A DNA stretch of 64,000 nucleotides from Octopus vulgaris. Taxonomy: Eukaryota. The notes under the pieces were generated by a model. That model was given only the letters and a program-made list of their open reading frames with translations, did not search any database and was not told where the DNA came from. Where the stretch lies: assembly GCA_951406725.2 (NCBI GenBank), contig OX597816.1:174468001-174532000 (forward strand). The letters are read 5' to 3'. The position numbers and the translations under genes are program-made. This document shows, in pieces, positions 26,249-37,783 of the stretch (position 1 is its first letter; each line of letters starts with the position of its first letter).

Positions 26249-26735
26249 TCATCATCATCATTGTTCGACCGTGGTCGAGACAATGAAATTTACCATGCTA
26301 CGCCAGACTTCAAGGTCCATCATAGCATTACGGAGGTCCTGTTGCTGGATGCCTGTATCCCTGGAGATTACATCAGGGTAGGAGAGTGTGCGCCCTCTGG
26401 TATTGCGAGTAGATGGCTTCCAGAGGAGAAGAGTAGAAATTACCTCTTTTTCAGCTCTACAACAATGTCCAGCAAACTGGACTCTCTTACCTGTCACAAG
26501 AGATGACACAGGTGATAGTTTCCCATATATTTGCATTTTGGTTGGATGGCGCTTCCACGAGAGATTTTGAGCTCTCATAAGGAGGCGAGTGTAGGTTCCA
26601 TCCAACCGCCTCTTAAGCTTCTTTGATAACGTCCAGGTTTCTGAGCCATATAGTAGAATTGGTTTGACTATGGCTTTGAAGATTTCAAGTTTGAAGTCTC
26701 TTCTTAGATTTGATGACCAGATCTTATGCATGTCA
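26249..26735 (-). mobile_element. RTE-clade LINE 3' fragment (same family as 21062)
   Basis: 157-aa frame nearly identical to the 21055 ORF; (TGA)n tail; GTATTAAT on both flanks (candidate TSD). Confidence 0.9.
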
Positions 26736-26945
26736 TGTCATGTCATGCATGTATTAATAATGGTGAACCATTACATCATTTTCATCATATGAGTGTCCAG
26801 TTGTTCAATGAACAGAACAAGTTTCTCATTAAATTAGTGACAAAAGTAGTTGATCCAAGATTCCAAACAGTGAAATCAAACCTGGGAACTCATGGCTGCA
26901 AAACAAACTTCTCAGCTACACAACCATGCCTGCATCCAGAGTATT

Positions 26946-27329
26946 GTGGAAGCACTCTGTCGGTTACGACGATGAGGGTTCCGGTTGATCCGATCAACGG
27001 AACAGCCTGCTCGTGAAATTAACGTGTAAGTGGCTGAGCACTCCACAGACACGTGTACCCTTAATGTAGTTCTCGGGGATATTCAGCATGACACAGAGAG
27101 TGACAAGGCCGGCCCTTTGAAATACAGGTACAACAGAAACAGGAAGTAAGAGTGAGAGAAAGTTGTGGTGAAAGAGTACAGTAGGGATCACCACCATCCC
27201 CTGCCAGAGCCTAATGGAGCTATAGGTATTTTCGCTCAATAAACACTCACAATGCCCGGTCTGGGAATCGAAACCGCGATCCTACGACCGCGAGTCCGCT
27301 GCCCTAACCACTAGGCCATTGCGCCTCCA
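26946..27329 (-). mobile_element. tRNA-derived SINE family A, 13-bp TSD
   Basis: Near-identical to the 22147 copy. TSD CATCCAGAGTATT at 26933 and 27330. Confidence 0.9.
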
Positions 27330-27744
27330 CATCCAGAGTATTAATAGTGCAATAACAGTATTCATGATCTGGTATATGCAACTGAAGCAGTATTTAATTA
27401 AAATAGACATCTGTATAGTATAATTAATGTATACACATTGTCAATAGGCTAATTACTGCAGTATCAGTATCAGAGAAAGATGAAAATTCGTCCTATTAGT
27501 GACCAGTGAGAGTACCAGATGCATTTTGGCCTTTTATGAGCCTTTTCATAAGTGTGTACTTGTAACCAGCCATATGTTCAGACAAGAATTCATCATCACT
27601 GATTTAGGAAAAACCGAATAAAACATTCAATGATGTTGCGAATAACTGCCAGGCTGATTTTAAATCAGTATACCTCTCTCTCCCTCTCCTTCTCCCCCCT
27701 CCCCCCTCTCTCTCTATACACACACACACACACACATATATATA

Positions 27745-28024
27745 TCTCTTTTACTTGTTTCAGTCATTTGACTGCGGCCATGCTGGAGCACCACCTTTAG
27801 TCGAGCAAATCGACCCCAGGACTTATTCTTTGTAAGCCTAGTACTTATTCTATCGGTCTCTTTTTGCCGAACCTCTAAGTGACGGGGACGTAAACACACC
27901 AGCATCGGTTGTCAAGCGATGGTGGGGTGGGGGACAAACACAGACACACAAACATATACACACACATACGGGCTTCTTTCATGTGGTTGGTTAGCAAGCT
28001 ACTTACCACACAGCCACTCCTGCA

Positions 28025-28026
<2 letters not shown>
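27745..28026 (-). mobile_element. SINE family B, internally deleted
   Basis: Reverse complement of the 43225 family with the central part missing. Confidence 0.85.
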
Positions 28027-28077
<51 letters not shown>

Positions 28078-30120
28078 ACACACTCACACACAAGTGTACA
28101 CATACAAGCACATATACCAAGTAAACATCTCCTCACACTTCATTCCTCCAAATTTGTTCTGCTTTCCCATCACCCCAATACCACCACTACTACCACTACT
28201 TCCACCCTGGACTGTTGTCCCCCTTTACTTATTTTTATTAAATGTAAGATAGCTGCAATGTTCAGCTCTGGTTTCAACACAATCAACTTTTATCTCCTTA
28301 TTTTCTCATTACCCACTGACAAGAAACCACCACCCCTAATGTCTCCTACAAACCTCAGACAACCTCTCACCTCCTGTATACTTAGTACTATATTTAAAGA
28401 GTACAGTGTCTGATAAAACCATATTTGTCATAGGCTTTGGCAAAGTCTATCTACTGATATTAGGTTAAGTGCCACCCCCACAAGTTTTAAATATAAACAT
28501 GTAAAGCATCAAAATTCAGTAAAATAGAACTTTTCTTCAACCATGTGAATCATATAAAGATCAGATAAGTTAAAGATACATTCGTTCAGAGGCCATTTAA
28601 GAAAATAATTTTGATGTTACATTTTGTTCTATTAGATTAAATTTTTGATTTGTATGATACTGAAGGTTTGTTTTTTTTGTTTTCTAAATCTCCAAGCTAA
28701 AAATACTTGTCATCCTTGTGCTGTTTACTTCAACTCCATTAGTGATTAGGTCAATTCAAATGACTCTGGAATCAAGTGGATGAGTATGACATTTGAAGAA
28801 ACACACTACTCAAAATTTTGTGAGCTTGTGAGATTCAAATCCCCTCTAAATATAAAGATTCACTAGAAATGGCCTGACCCACGCAGTTAGTCTATGTGGT
28901 TTTGTGAGGTGGTTTGCACACAGAAATATATCTTGGGAGAGATATTGAGGGGCCTAGAAGGACAGTAGATTTTCTCAGGTGCAAAGATTTCATCCTCTGG
29001 CACAGCCGATTTATATATGCAGTTTCTTAACCTTGCATACTTTTCTGCAGGAGGCTTTCATGCTCAGAGAAGGTTCCAAAAATTTTGAGTTTGTTATGGG
29101 CTGGAGAAACAATATACAGAAGAAAAGTCCTACTTTCATGACATATGAAACCTTAATTATCAACTTTATAAGGTCTCTTTTAGAGAAAACTATGAAACTA
29201 TCAAGGATGTATTTTGAAAGTGTTCCAAGTAATTTTTAGACCCCCAAATTCACTATGATTCTATTTGATCAGGCTCATGACAGGGAAACAATTTTGTGAA
29301 AAGTTCAGGTGGTGTTTTGGGACGCACAGAAGGCTCTATGGCATTTCTACCCATGCTAGTATGGAAAACGGATGTTAAACAATGATGATGATGATGATGA
29401 ATGTTATTGGAACCAGAAATGATGAGATAACAGAAGTTTGAAGAAGAGGAATACATTTCTAGAGATGATGAAGAAGCAACCTTTATGAGCAATTCTTGAG
29501 ATCTAGTAACTCTTATAGTGACAGGCAAAACAGTCAAAACTGCACAGAAGTGCTGTACCAGGTTGCAGTGTACTGATCAACACACCAAAAGTACTGGTAA
29601 TAGAAATGTTTGTAGCAACCATCACGGCATTGATATTCACAACAGATATAGTAGCGATGGGGAGGACACCAGCTACAAAATATCAAGATATAGCAGTACT
29701 GAACTGCAGCCACATCAGTGAATGCAAGAGATAGCAATGACATCATCAATTCATACCCAGCTTGTACTGGCAACCCAAATACTGACATACCAGCTGACAG
29801 AGCTGTGGCCGAGCTCATGCAAGAACTATCATGAGCTCACCAGACATCCTTTTACCAACAACCAATCAGATACCCAACCCCTTTTCATCAGTTTTTAACA
29901 ATAGTGTCAGACTTTCCAACCAGCAGGCATTCTTTCCTCTTCACACTGTACAGAGTTCACATTATATGCAGAAACACACACACACACACACACAGGTTTG
30001 TTTGTATGTATGTATATATATATATATGAAGGGAAAGTTTACGAAAATAAACAAAAGACAAAGGCAGGTGGTTTACAAACAAACAGATGTATTAGTATAG
30101 TGCTCAGGAATAGAAAAAGT

Positions 30121-30156
30121 CTTTTACGTTTCAAGCCTACACTCTTCGACAGAAAG
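30121..30156 (-). ncRNA. Hammerhead-like motif with variant core CUGUCGA (family E)
   Basis: Minus strand: CTTT-CTGTCGA-A-GAGT-GTAG-GCTT-GAA-ACGT-A-AAAG. Confidence 0.45.
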
Positions 30157-30529
30157 ATACACAGAAAAAAACAAGGAGAGAAAAAAAATGTGTGTAGTGG
30201 CTAACGATCTATCATGGCATCTGACTTCGGAGAGAATGGTCAGACGGGAGAGGGGAAGTAGGGAAGATAACAAGGTCAAGATGACCTCCAATATGAAGGA
30301 GCCCCCAACACAAAGGTGCGTGTGTGTATAAGAGAGTATGTATGTGCGTGTGAAAGAGGGCTGGTGGTCTGGATGTGTGTGTGTATGTATGTGGTGTGAA
30401 GATGTGGGGATGGGTATGTGGGTAGTGTGTTGTGATGTGTAATGTTGTATGGTGTAGTGTAGTGTGGTGTGGTGTGATGTTGTGGGGAGGTGTGTGATAT
30501 ATATATTATAAACCCAGTGTGTATGGGAT

Positions 30530-30845
30530 GGCACCAGTGGTTTCATGACTTAATGATTAGGAGCATTCAGCTCACAATCATAAGGTCCTGATTTTGATTC
30601 TCGGATGTCTGTTGTGTCCTTGAGTAAGACCCTTTATTCCATATTGCTCCAGCCCAGTTAGCTGGCAAAACTGAGCAGTACCTATATTTTGAAGGGCCAG
30701 CCTTGTCACACCCTGCATCATACTGTATCTCCTTGAGAACTACGTTAAGGGTACGCATGTTTGCAGAGTGCTCAGCCACTTGCATGTTAATTTCATGAGC
30801 AGGCTGTTCTGTCGATCAGATCAACTAGAACCCTCATTGTTGAAA
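30530..30845 (+). mobile_element. Old diverged SINE of family A type
   Basis: GGGCCAGCCTTGTCAC...GAACTACGTTAAGGGTAC...GAGTGCTCAGCCACT matches family A. Confidence 0.7.
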
Positions 30846-30853
30846 CTGATAGT

Positions 30854-31288
30854 CATTATCAACCACATATATTTAATATATATGCTTTATTTGCTGGTAG
30901 GCTGTAATTTTGTGTGGTGAAGAATATTCTCTTAAAGTGCCGGTTGTTAAAACACCTAAACATCATGGACAGGCAACATAACTTACCTCTAAACCCTCTC
31001 CACCATGTCAGGCATACCTGCAAATATGCGATATGCATATAAGTCATGGACTGACAAAATGATTCATCTCCAATCTTGTTCAGCCATATGATACTGATAA
31101 GCGAAAAAAATGGTGAAACATCAATGTCCATCACTCTTGGATGAGATTAGAAGTGAATTATCTTGCCTGTCCATGCCTTTCAAGTGTTTGAACACCTGGT
31201 GCTTTGAGAGAGTAATCTCCACTACACTAACAGCAGCCTACCAGCAAATACACAAGGCATATATATTAAGTATATGTGGTTGATAATG
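30854..31288. repeat. Diverged foldback or MITE-like inverted repeat
   Basis: CATTATCAACCACATATATTTAATATATATGC...TTTGCTGGTAGGCTG is mirrored by CAGCCTACCAGCAAA...GCATATATATTAAGTATATGTGGTTGATAATG. Inner CATGGACAGGCAA / TTGCCTGTCCATG also mirror. Confidence 0.8.
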
Positions 31289-31342
31289 CTTATTTCACTA
31301 GCACTGATTCTATTTCATATTTGAATATATATATATTCTCCT

Positions 31343-31732
31343 CAGGAGTGGTTGTGTGGTAAGTAGCTTGTCTACCAACCGCATGATTGCAGGTTCAGTC
31401 CCACTGCGTGGCACCTTGGGCAAGTGTCTTCTACTATAGCCTCGGGCCGACCAAAGCCTTGTGAGTGGATTTGGTAAACGGAAACTGAAAGAAGCCCGTC
31501 GTATATATGTATATATATGTATGCGAGTGTGTATTTGTTTGTCCCCTAGCATTGCTTGACAACCGATGCTGGTGTGCTTATGTCCCCGTTACTTAGCGGT
31601 TTGGCAAAAGAGACCGATAGAATAAGTACTGGGCTTACAAAAGAATAAGTGCCAGGGTCGAGTTGCTCAACTAAAGGCGGTGCTCCAGCATGGCCACAGT
31701 CAAATGACTGAAACAAGTAAAAGAATAAAAGA
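31343..31732 (+). mobile_element. SINE family B, near full length
   Basis: Matches the 43225 copy; tail GTAAAAGAATAAAAGA. Confidence 0.9.
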
Positions 31733-31974
31733 ATATCTCCAGAAATCAAACTTACTTCAATATGGATGGATTTACATTCTCATTTTCACTTTCCTTTTCT
31801 GGGAAACTAAGAGGTTTTTTAAAATATTTTTTTAAAACCCGTTATATGACTGGGCAACACTAAAAGAACTTTTAGAAGTCCGTTTGTTACCTAAATCTTA
31901 TTTTTATAGAACTATCCCTGATGTTTCAGGAGTGTAACACCACCCACTTAGATGTTTGGAGAACCCAGATGTTT

Positions 31975-32063
31975 TTTCGGCTGATGAGTACGGGTCACTT
32001 ATATTTACTGCAATATTTGCAGCCTTAATAAAGCTGTCTTCGTACGAAACAATTGTACCGAAA
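31975..32063 (+). ncRNA. Type-I hammerhead ribozyme motif with extended stem II (family B)
   Basis: TTTCGG-CTGATGA-GTACG...CGTAC-GAA-ACAATTGT-A-CCGAAA. All three stems pair; (TA)n/(TG)n lies ~35 nt downstream. Confidence 0.8.
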
Positions 32064-32582
32064 TATTGATCCATTCTTGTTGCTTTTTTTCTTATTTATA
32101 TATATGTGTGTGTGTGTGTGTGTGTATAAATGAAAAATGTATGGTAAATAAACCAACGACATAGCATATACTGAGTGTACAACCAGACAGGATACAGACA
32201 CAGAAGGTCCCTAATTCTTCATTAGTTATCAACCAAATGGTAATACTCAGTTTTACTCTATTAATAATAAGACTGCGAACTTCTTATGCTGGCGGTGTCT
32301 GCAAAAATTGCGGAGAATATAGAGCTGAGAGCAAACAAAACAAAACAATAGAGAGTGGACATATGAAAGTGAATAAATGTGATTTAAGATGATGGACAAA
32401 GACAAAATAAATAAAGAAATAAGCAAAATATAGCCTCGGGGCCAAAAGGACAGGAACGGTAAGTAATGCTTAGAAGACATCCTAAAGGATAGACAACAGT
32501 GAGACACAGAAAAATTGTCAACAAAAAATAACGTCAGCAAAAAGAATGGCAACAGAGGGTTGAGTTCAAAATTCCACCAGAA

Positions 32583-32624
32583 CACCTGATGAAGGCTGGA
32601 GAATACATCAGCTGAAACATTGTG
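32583..32624 (+). ncRNA. Minimal hammerhead motif (family C) in a pLTR-like repeat (~32550-32700)
   Basis: CAC-CTGATGA-A-GGCTG...CAGCT-GAA-ACAT-T-GTG. Homolog at ~45678-45720 has ACGT and CAGCC. Confidence 0.6.
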
Positions 32625-32742
32625 ATAACAACAAAGTGAGAACACCTATCCAGCAGTTGTAAATAATGTACATTATTCCTCATCTGAAAATATAGAATCG
32701 TACTTAGGATTAAGGGTTTTGAGTTAGGTTAAGGTTCGATTT

Positions 32743-34044
32743 GGATCTTTTCTATTCTGAAGCCAGGACCACAGATCTTTCTACTTAACTAAATAATCTG
32801 AAACTTCGTATGCTGATAGAGTCTAGCAAAACAAGACACAGGTTGGAACTAGTTTATTTGAGAAAAATCTATTTTATGACTTTAATCGTAGATTAAAACT
32901 GCGAATTTTAACCAATCAGATTGTTTGTTTTCATGTGTAAAACTTGACTGCATTCTATTAGTGTGACGTAGAAAGCGCTTTTGTGACGTACTAACGTTCG
33001 GAAAACTGTAAACAAACACGGCAGACGAAATACGGCTACGCATTTCGCCCGGCGTGCTAACGTTTCTGCCAGCTCTTTGCTTTTTTAATATTAAATTTCG
33101 GCGAAGTTTCTCTTGTCGCAGCACAAGTTTTCCGTCGATTTCCGTAAAAAACTTTTATTTTTTTACATAAGTAATGAGAGCGAAAGAGACTAAGAGGAAA
33201 CGATTTTATGACGAGGGAAGTTTGTCTTTGAAGTTACCGTCTAGGGGAAGCATTGATGTACATGTGTGTGTGTGTGTGTGTTTGATGGGGTGTGGGAGAT
33301 AGTATGTTGTGTAAGTGAAGTGCTTCTGTTAGTGTGTGTGAAGAGACAGAGAGAGTAATGTGTGAAAGAGAGAGATAACTGAAATTTTTTACTCGGTGTA
33401 TGTGTATATGTATGTCTGCATGTATGTGTGTGTGTGTATGTATCTATGTATGTATGGCCGATTCATCGTAATTACGATGAATCGGCCATACATACATACA
33501 CACACACACACACATACACACACACACATACTTACACATACATACACACACACATACATGCAGACATACATATACACATACACCGAGTAAAAAATTTCAG
33601 TTATCTCTCTTTCACACATTACTCTCTCTGTCTCTTCACACACACTAACAGAAGCACTTCACTTACACAACATACTGTCTCCCACACCCCATCAAACACA
33701 CACACACACACATGTACATCAATGCTTCCCCTAGACGGTAACTTCAAAGACAAACTTTTGTTATTAGAAGGTGGCTGACTATAGCTTGTTTACATTTAAG
33801 ATGTCTAATACGTCGCGAAATTGGTGGTCGAGACGGAGTAAATAAAATAAAGCCGAATGACGGAATATCATTGGTTAAAATTCTAATTATTAAACAACGT
33901 TAAACTTAGAAGTTACAATTCCGTTTTCATTCTGGTTTACAATTAAGTTTACTTTTGACACATTCTACCAGTATACGAAGTTTCAAATTGTTTGGTTCAG
34001 TAGGAAAAATTTGAAAAAAACTGGCTTCAGAATAGAAAAGATCC
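32743..34044. mobile_element. Non-autonomous TIR DNA element with long imperfect TIRs and a candidate 8-bp TSD
   Basis: Perfect 24-bp TIR GGATCTTTTCTATTCTGAAGCCAG, with patchy similarity extending ~170 bp inward. Flanks TTCGATTT / TTAGATTT. Confidence 0.7.
33218..33757. repeat. Spacer-less 540-bp palindrome
   Basis: Centre GGCCGATTCATCGTAA|TTACGATGAATCGGCC at 33471/33472. Ends AAGTTTGTCTTTGAAG / CTTCAAAGACAAACTT. Confidence 0.95.
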
Positions 34045-34795
34045 TTAGATTTAAATAGAAAGTGGAGAAATCTTTTTTCAGAATAAAAATCACTTATGCT
34101 TAAAATATGGAAATCTGAAAAAATGTTTTCAAAATAAAATAAAATAAATAAGCTTAAGGCGTACTTAATCCTGAGAGTTTTTCCGAAAACTGTAGTGTAA
34201 GTTAAATAAACTGCTTTGCTGTTATTAATTTCCAGTCTCAAATTCATTGCAGAGCAAATAAAAAAAATTCGCTAAGTAACCCATGTTTCTTAGGGGAGAG
34301 GTTGCTTTTCCCAGCTCTCCATTGTGGACAAGTGTGTTCCAACATAGCCTTTGATTAACCAGTGTGACTTAAATTTGGTCGATAGAGACCGCACAGAAGC
34401 AAGTCACGCGCGCGCGTGCATGTGCGTATGTGCGGGTGACTGTCAACTCGTTCGAATTTACGCTCCTGAACATACGCACGCGTGCACAAGCCACAATCTC
34501 TGGCCTCAGAACAAAATGTTCTACTTCTCAATAAAACTTCAGCCAAAAGACACTTTTTACCCCCGACAGCTAAATAAAGTAAAGCCATTTACAACAGAGA
34601 CATCGTTCAAACTATGAGGAACAACGACTAATTTTCTCTCAAACCACACCCAAACGATAGTTAAAACAACAAAGAACAAATTGGACTGCGTAATTCAAGG
34701 TAAACGGCATGGCCACAAACAGCAGGTCTTATGAAAGCCTGAGCTAGGCAGCAAAGCGAGATGCGTTTATTAGAAAGACAACTATTAGTCATTTT

Positions 34796-35125
34796 GGAGG
34801 CGCAATGGCCCAGTGGTTAGGGCAGCGGACTCGCGGTCGTAGGATCGCGGTTTCGATTCCCAGACCGGGCGTTGTCAGTGTTTATTGAGCGAAAACGCCT
34901 AAAGGTTCACGAGGTTCTGGCAGGGGATGGTGGTGATCCCTGCTGTACTCTTTCACCACAACTTTCTCTCACTCTTACTTCCTGTTTCTGTTGTACCTGT
35001 ATTTCAAGGGGCCAGCCTTGTCACTCTCTGTGTCACGCTGAATATCCCCGAGGACTACGTTAAGGGTGCACGTGTCTGTGGAGTGCTCAGCCACTTACAC
35101 GTTCATTTCACGAGCAGTCTGTTCC
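34796..35125 (+). mobile_element. tRNA-derived SINE family A, 3'-truncated
   Basis: GGAGGCGCAATGGCCCAGTGGTTAGGGCAGCGGACTCGCG head and family A body. Confidence 0.9.
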
Positions 35126-35201
35126 TTTTCACTGCTAGGGACCACTTTTATTTAAATTTTTCCCACGGACCCCTTTTAATATACTTATCCTTATATATAT
35201 A

Positions 35202-35596
35202 CTAGCAGTATCGCCCGGCGTTGCTCGGGTTTGTAAGGGAAATAATTATATAAGCATTTTTAGAGATGTAAAGTATAATAGCCATCTCAATATGGCTAAC
35301 CACAAAGGGGGAGGGGTGTTACTGTAGCTTTTTACGTTCTGAGATTTAATGATAAATTTTAGAGAGTTACTTCCCTTATATATGTCAAAAATGGATTAAA
35401 AATGGGAAAAATTGATGGTAAATTTTTTTTTAAATCGTAGACTCATCGTAGACGCGCGCTAATACCCAGACGGTCTCGATATGAATCACGACTATAAGAT
35501 ACCCGCTTTTGGTTAAACTGCACCGCAAAATGTGGGAGTAGTTAGGAATCTAAATCGTAGGAGACAGACACACAACCTCACTTTTATATATAAAGA
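35202..35596 (-). mobile_element. Non-autonomous Helitron H1
   Basis: A|TC...CCCGAGCAACGCCGGG...CTAG|T. Confidence 0.9.
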
Positions 35597-35758
35597 TTTC
35601 CTCTATTTACATAATATTGAGGTTTCTTTCTTTCTTTTGTTATCTTACTGTTTTTACCAATATACATATATATATATATATAAATATATATATAGTTACA
35701 GAGATGTACTTGCATAGCAAGTGACTTGATCTGAGATCGTGTGCTGGAACGAAAACAG

Positions 35759-36017
35759 TTGCAGCGTTGAAGGTGTTTATAAGCCATTTAAGAAACACAC
35801 AAAAACCGTTAGATTCACTTTAACATTTAAATTTAATTTGTCAAAATATTTTCATCGCTTTGAGACCGCGACCTGTTAGCACGATATTTTTGTCAGTGAA
35901 CAGGTCGCGGTCTCAAAGCGACGAAAATATTTTGGCAAATTAAATTTAAATGTTGAAGTGAATGTAACGGTTTTTGTGTGTTTCTTAAATGGCTTACAAA
36001 CACCTTCCACGCTGCAA
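35759..36017. repeat. Foldback with ~120-bp arms between (TA)n tracts
   Basis: TTGCAGCGTTGAAGGTGTTT...GACCGCGACCTGTT is mirrored by AACAGGTCGCGGTC...AAACACCTTCCACGCTGCAA. Confidence 0.9.
35889..35939 (+). ncRNA. Hammerhead-like motif with swapped G3-C8 core (family D)
   Basis: TTTGTCA-GTGAACA-G-GTCGC-GGTCTCAAA-GCGAC-GAA-AATATT-T-TGGCAAA. Confidence 0.6.
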
Positions 36018-36035
36018 TATATATATACACACACA

Positions 36036-36066
<31 letters not shown>

Positions 36067-36099
36067 GTGTATATGTGTATGCATGTATGTGTGTGTGTG

Positions 36100-36318
36100 T
36101 GCGTGTCTGTGCTTGTGATTGCCCTCCACCACTGCTTGACAACGAATGTTGGTTTGTTTACATTCCTGTCACCTAGTGGTTTGACAAAGGAAACAGATAG
36201 AATAAGTACAATGCTTACAAAAATAAAACGAGTTGATTCATTAAACTACAATTCTTCAAGGCATTGCCCCAGCATGGCCACAGACCAATGGCTGGAAAAA
36301 GCAGAAGAATAAAAGAAT
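36100..36318 (+). mobile_element. Old SINE family B 3' part
   Basis: GCTTGACAAC...GATAGAATAAGTAC...CAGCATGGCCACAG. Confidence 0.65.
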
Positions 36319-36384
36319 ACATTCTCTGCTTTGGTCTTATGTTCAAGGCATGAGAAAGCTTGAGTTTACATGAGAAGGCCTAAC

Positions 36385-36864
36385 AGACCTGGTAGAAACA
36401 GCAGCCAAATCTCCCTCAAATCACACCTTACTGTCTTATGTATGTATATATATATGAGCCAATGAGGGGGACCTCTACATGATAGCTAGACCTGGTAGAA
36501 ATAGCAGCCAAATTTCCCCCAAATCACACCTTACTGTCTTATCTATGTATATATGTATGTATGAGCCTATGAGGGAGACCACTACATGGCAGCTAGACCT
36601 GGTAGAAATAGCAGCCAAATTTCCCCCAAATCACACCTTACTGTCTTATCTATGTATATATGTATGTATGAGCCTATGAGGGAGACCCCTACATGGCAGC
36701 TAGACCTGGTAGAAATAGCAGCCAAATTTCCCCCAAATCACACCTTACTGTCTTATCTATGTATATATGTATGTATGAGCCTATGAGGGAGACCCCTACA
36801 TGGCAGCTAGACATGGTAGAAATAGCAGCCAAATCTCCCTCAAATCACACCTTACTGTCTTATC
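36385..36864 (+). repeat. Minisatellite with a 107-bp unit, ~4.5 copies
   Basis: The unit AGACCTGGTAGAAATAGCAGCCAAAT... recurs; ORF-track starts 36479, 36586, 36693 and 36800 give the 107-bp period. Confidence 0.95.
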
Positions 36865-37430
36865 TTTCTGCTACTTGGATATAGGTGTTATATTCGTCGT
36901 AAAAAACTTTCCTGTCACACACTCACGCACACGCACACACACACACACACACACACGCACCCTCACACACACACACACACGCACACACCCACACACACCC
37001 ACTCACACACACGCACGTTAGCTTACAATTTTATTTATATATTTGCGTGTCTGTGTGGAAAGAGGAAGTGGGAGGCAGAGTGAAAGAATCACTCACTACA
37101 GTAAGTCAATTACTTTCATCTTATTCGTTGCCCACTGTGTGTGTGCGTTTGCGTGTGCTGTAAACCAGACTAAGAAAAGCATTTGACACACACACCAGAA
37201 TGTGAGTTTTCTGTAAATTTTGCTTAACTGGAGTTTAAATTTTAAAAACTGGACCTGGCATGACGCGATGCATTGTACTCTTAAAAATGCAAGGTAAATT
37301 GTAATTGAAGAAATCCTATATTGTAGATTTGTATAACTCCCAAAGGGAGGCAGATAAAATCTGCCTTTTATAATAAGAGATATATATATATATATACCGG
37401 AGTAAACACATAAATGTGAAACAAGGTGGA

Positions 37431-37477
37431 AAAACTGTCTGATGAACGGCAAGAGGAAACTCAGAGTAACAGGTTTT
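37431..37477 (+). ncRNA. Hammerhead-like motif with degenerate stem II (family F), in a 115-bp insert between (TA)n tracts
   Basis: AAAACTGT-CTGATGA-ACGGCAAGAG-GAA-ACTCAGAGT-A-ACAGGTTTT, then AATAAA and (TA)n. Confidence 0.5.
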
Positions 37478-37504
37478 GTTGAATTTTCTGCTGCTTTAAA
37501 TAAA

Positions 37505-37544
<40 letters not shown>

Positions 37545-37783
37545 ATAAGTATATTAAAAGGGGTCTGTGGGAAAAATTTTAATAAAAGGGGTCCCTAGCA
37601 GTGGAAAGGTATATATATATATATATATATATTCAATCAAAGCAATTAAGATTCAAGTCAATTCCAATGAATTTACTTGAATGTGGTACTTAACTTAGAT
37701 GCACCAGAAAAACAATATGGTGTTAACCATACAGTAATGTGGGGTGATTATAAACGAGAAAGAAGCAACAAGAATGGATTAGT

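Noticed and set aside
29400-29850. Possible host exon (mostly open plus frame)
   Set aside because: Contains stops, no recognisable motif and no clear splice sites; probably decayed TE sequence.
32160-32262. Possible extra hammerhead (minus CTAATGA) within a short inverted repeat
   Set aside because: The core is mutated and no matching GAAA or stem III was found.
34796-34875. tRNA gene
   Set aside because: It continues into a ~380-bp body shared by several copies with TSDs, so it is a SINE head.
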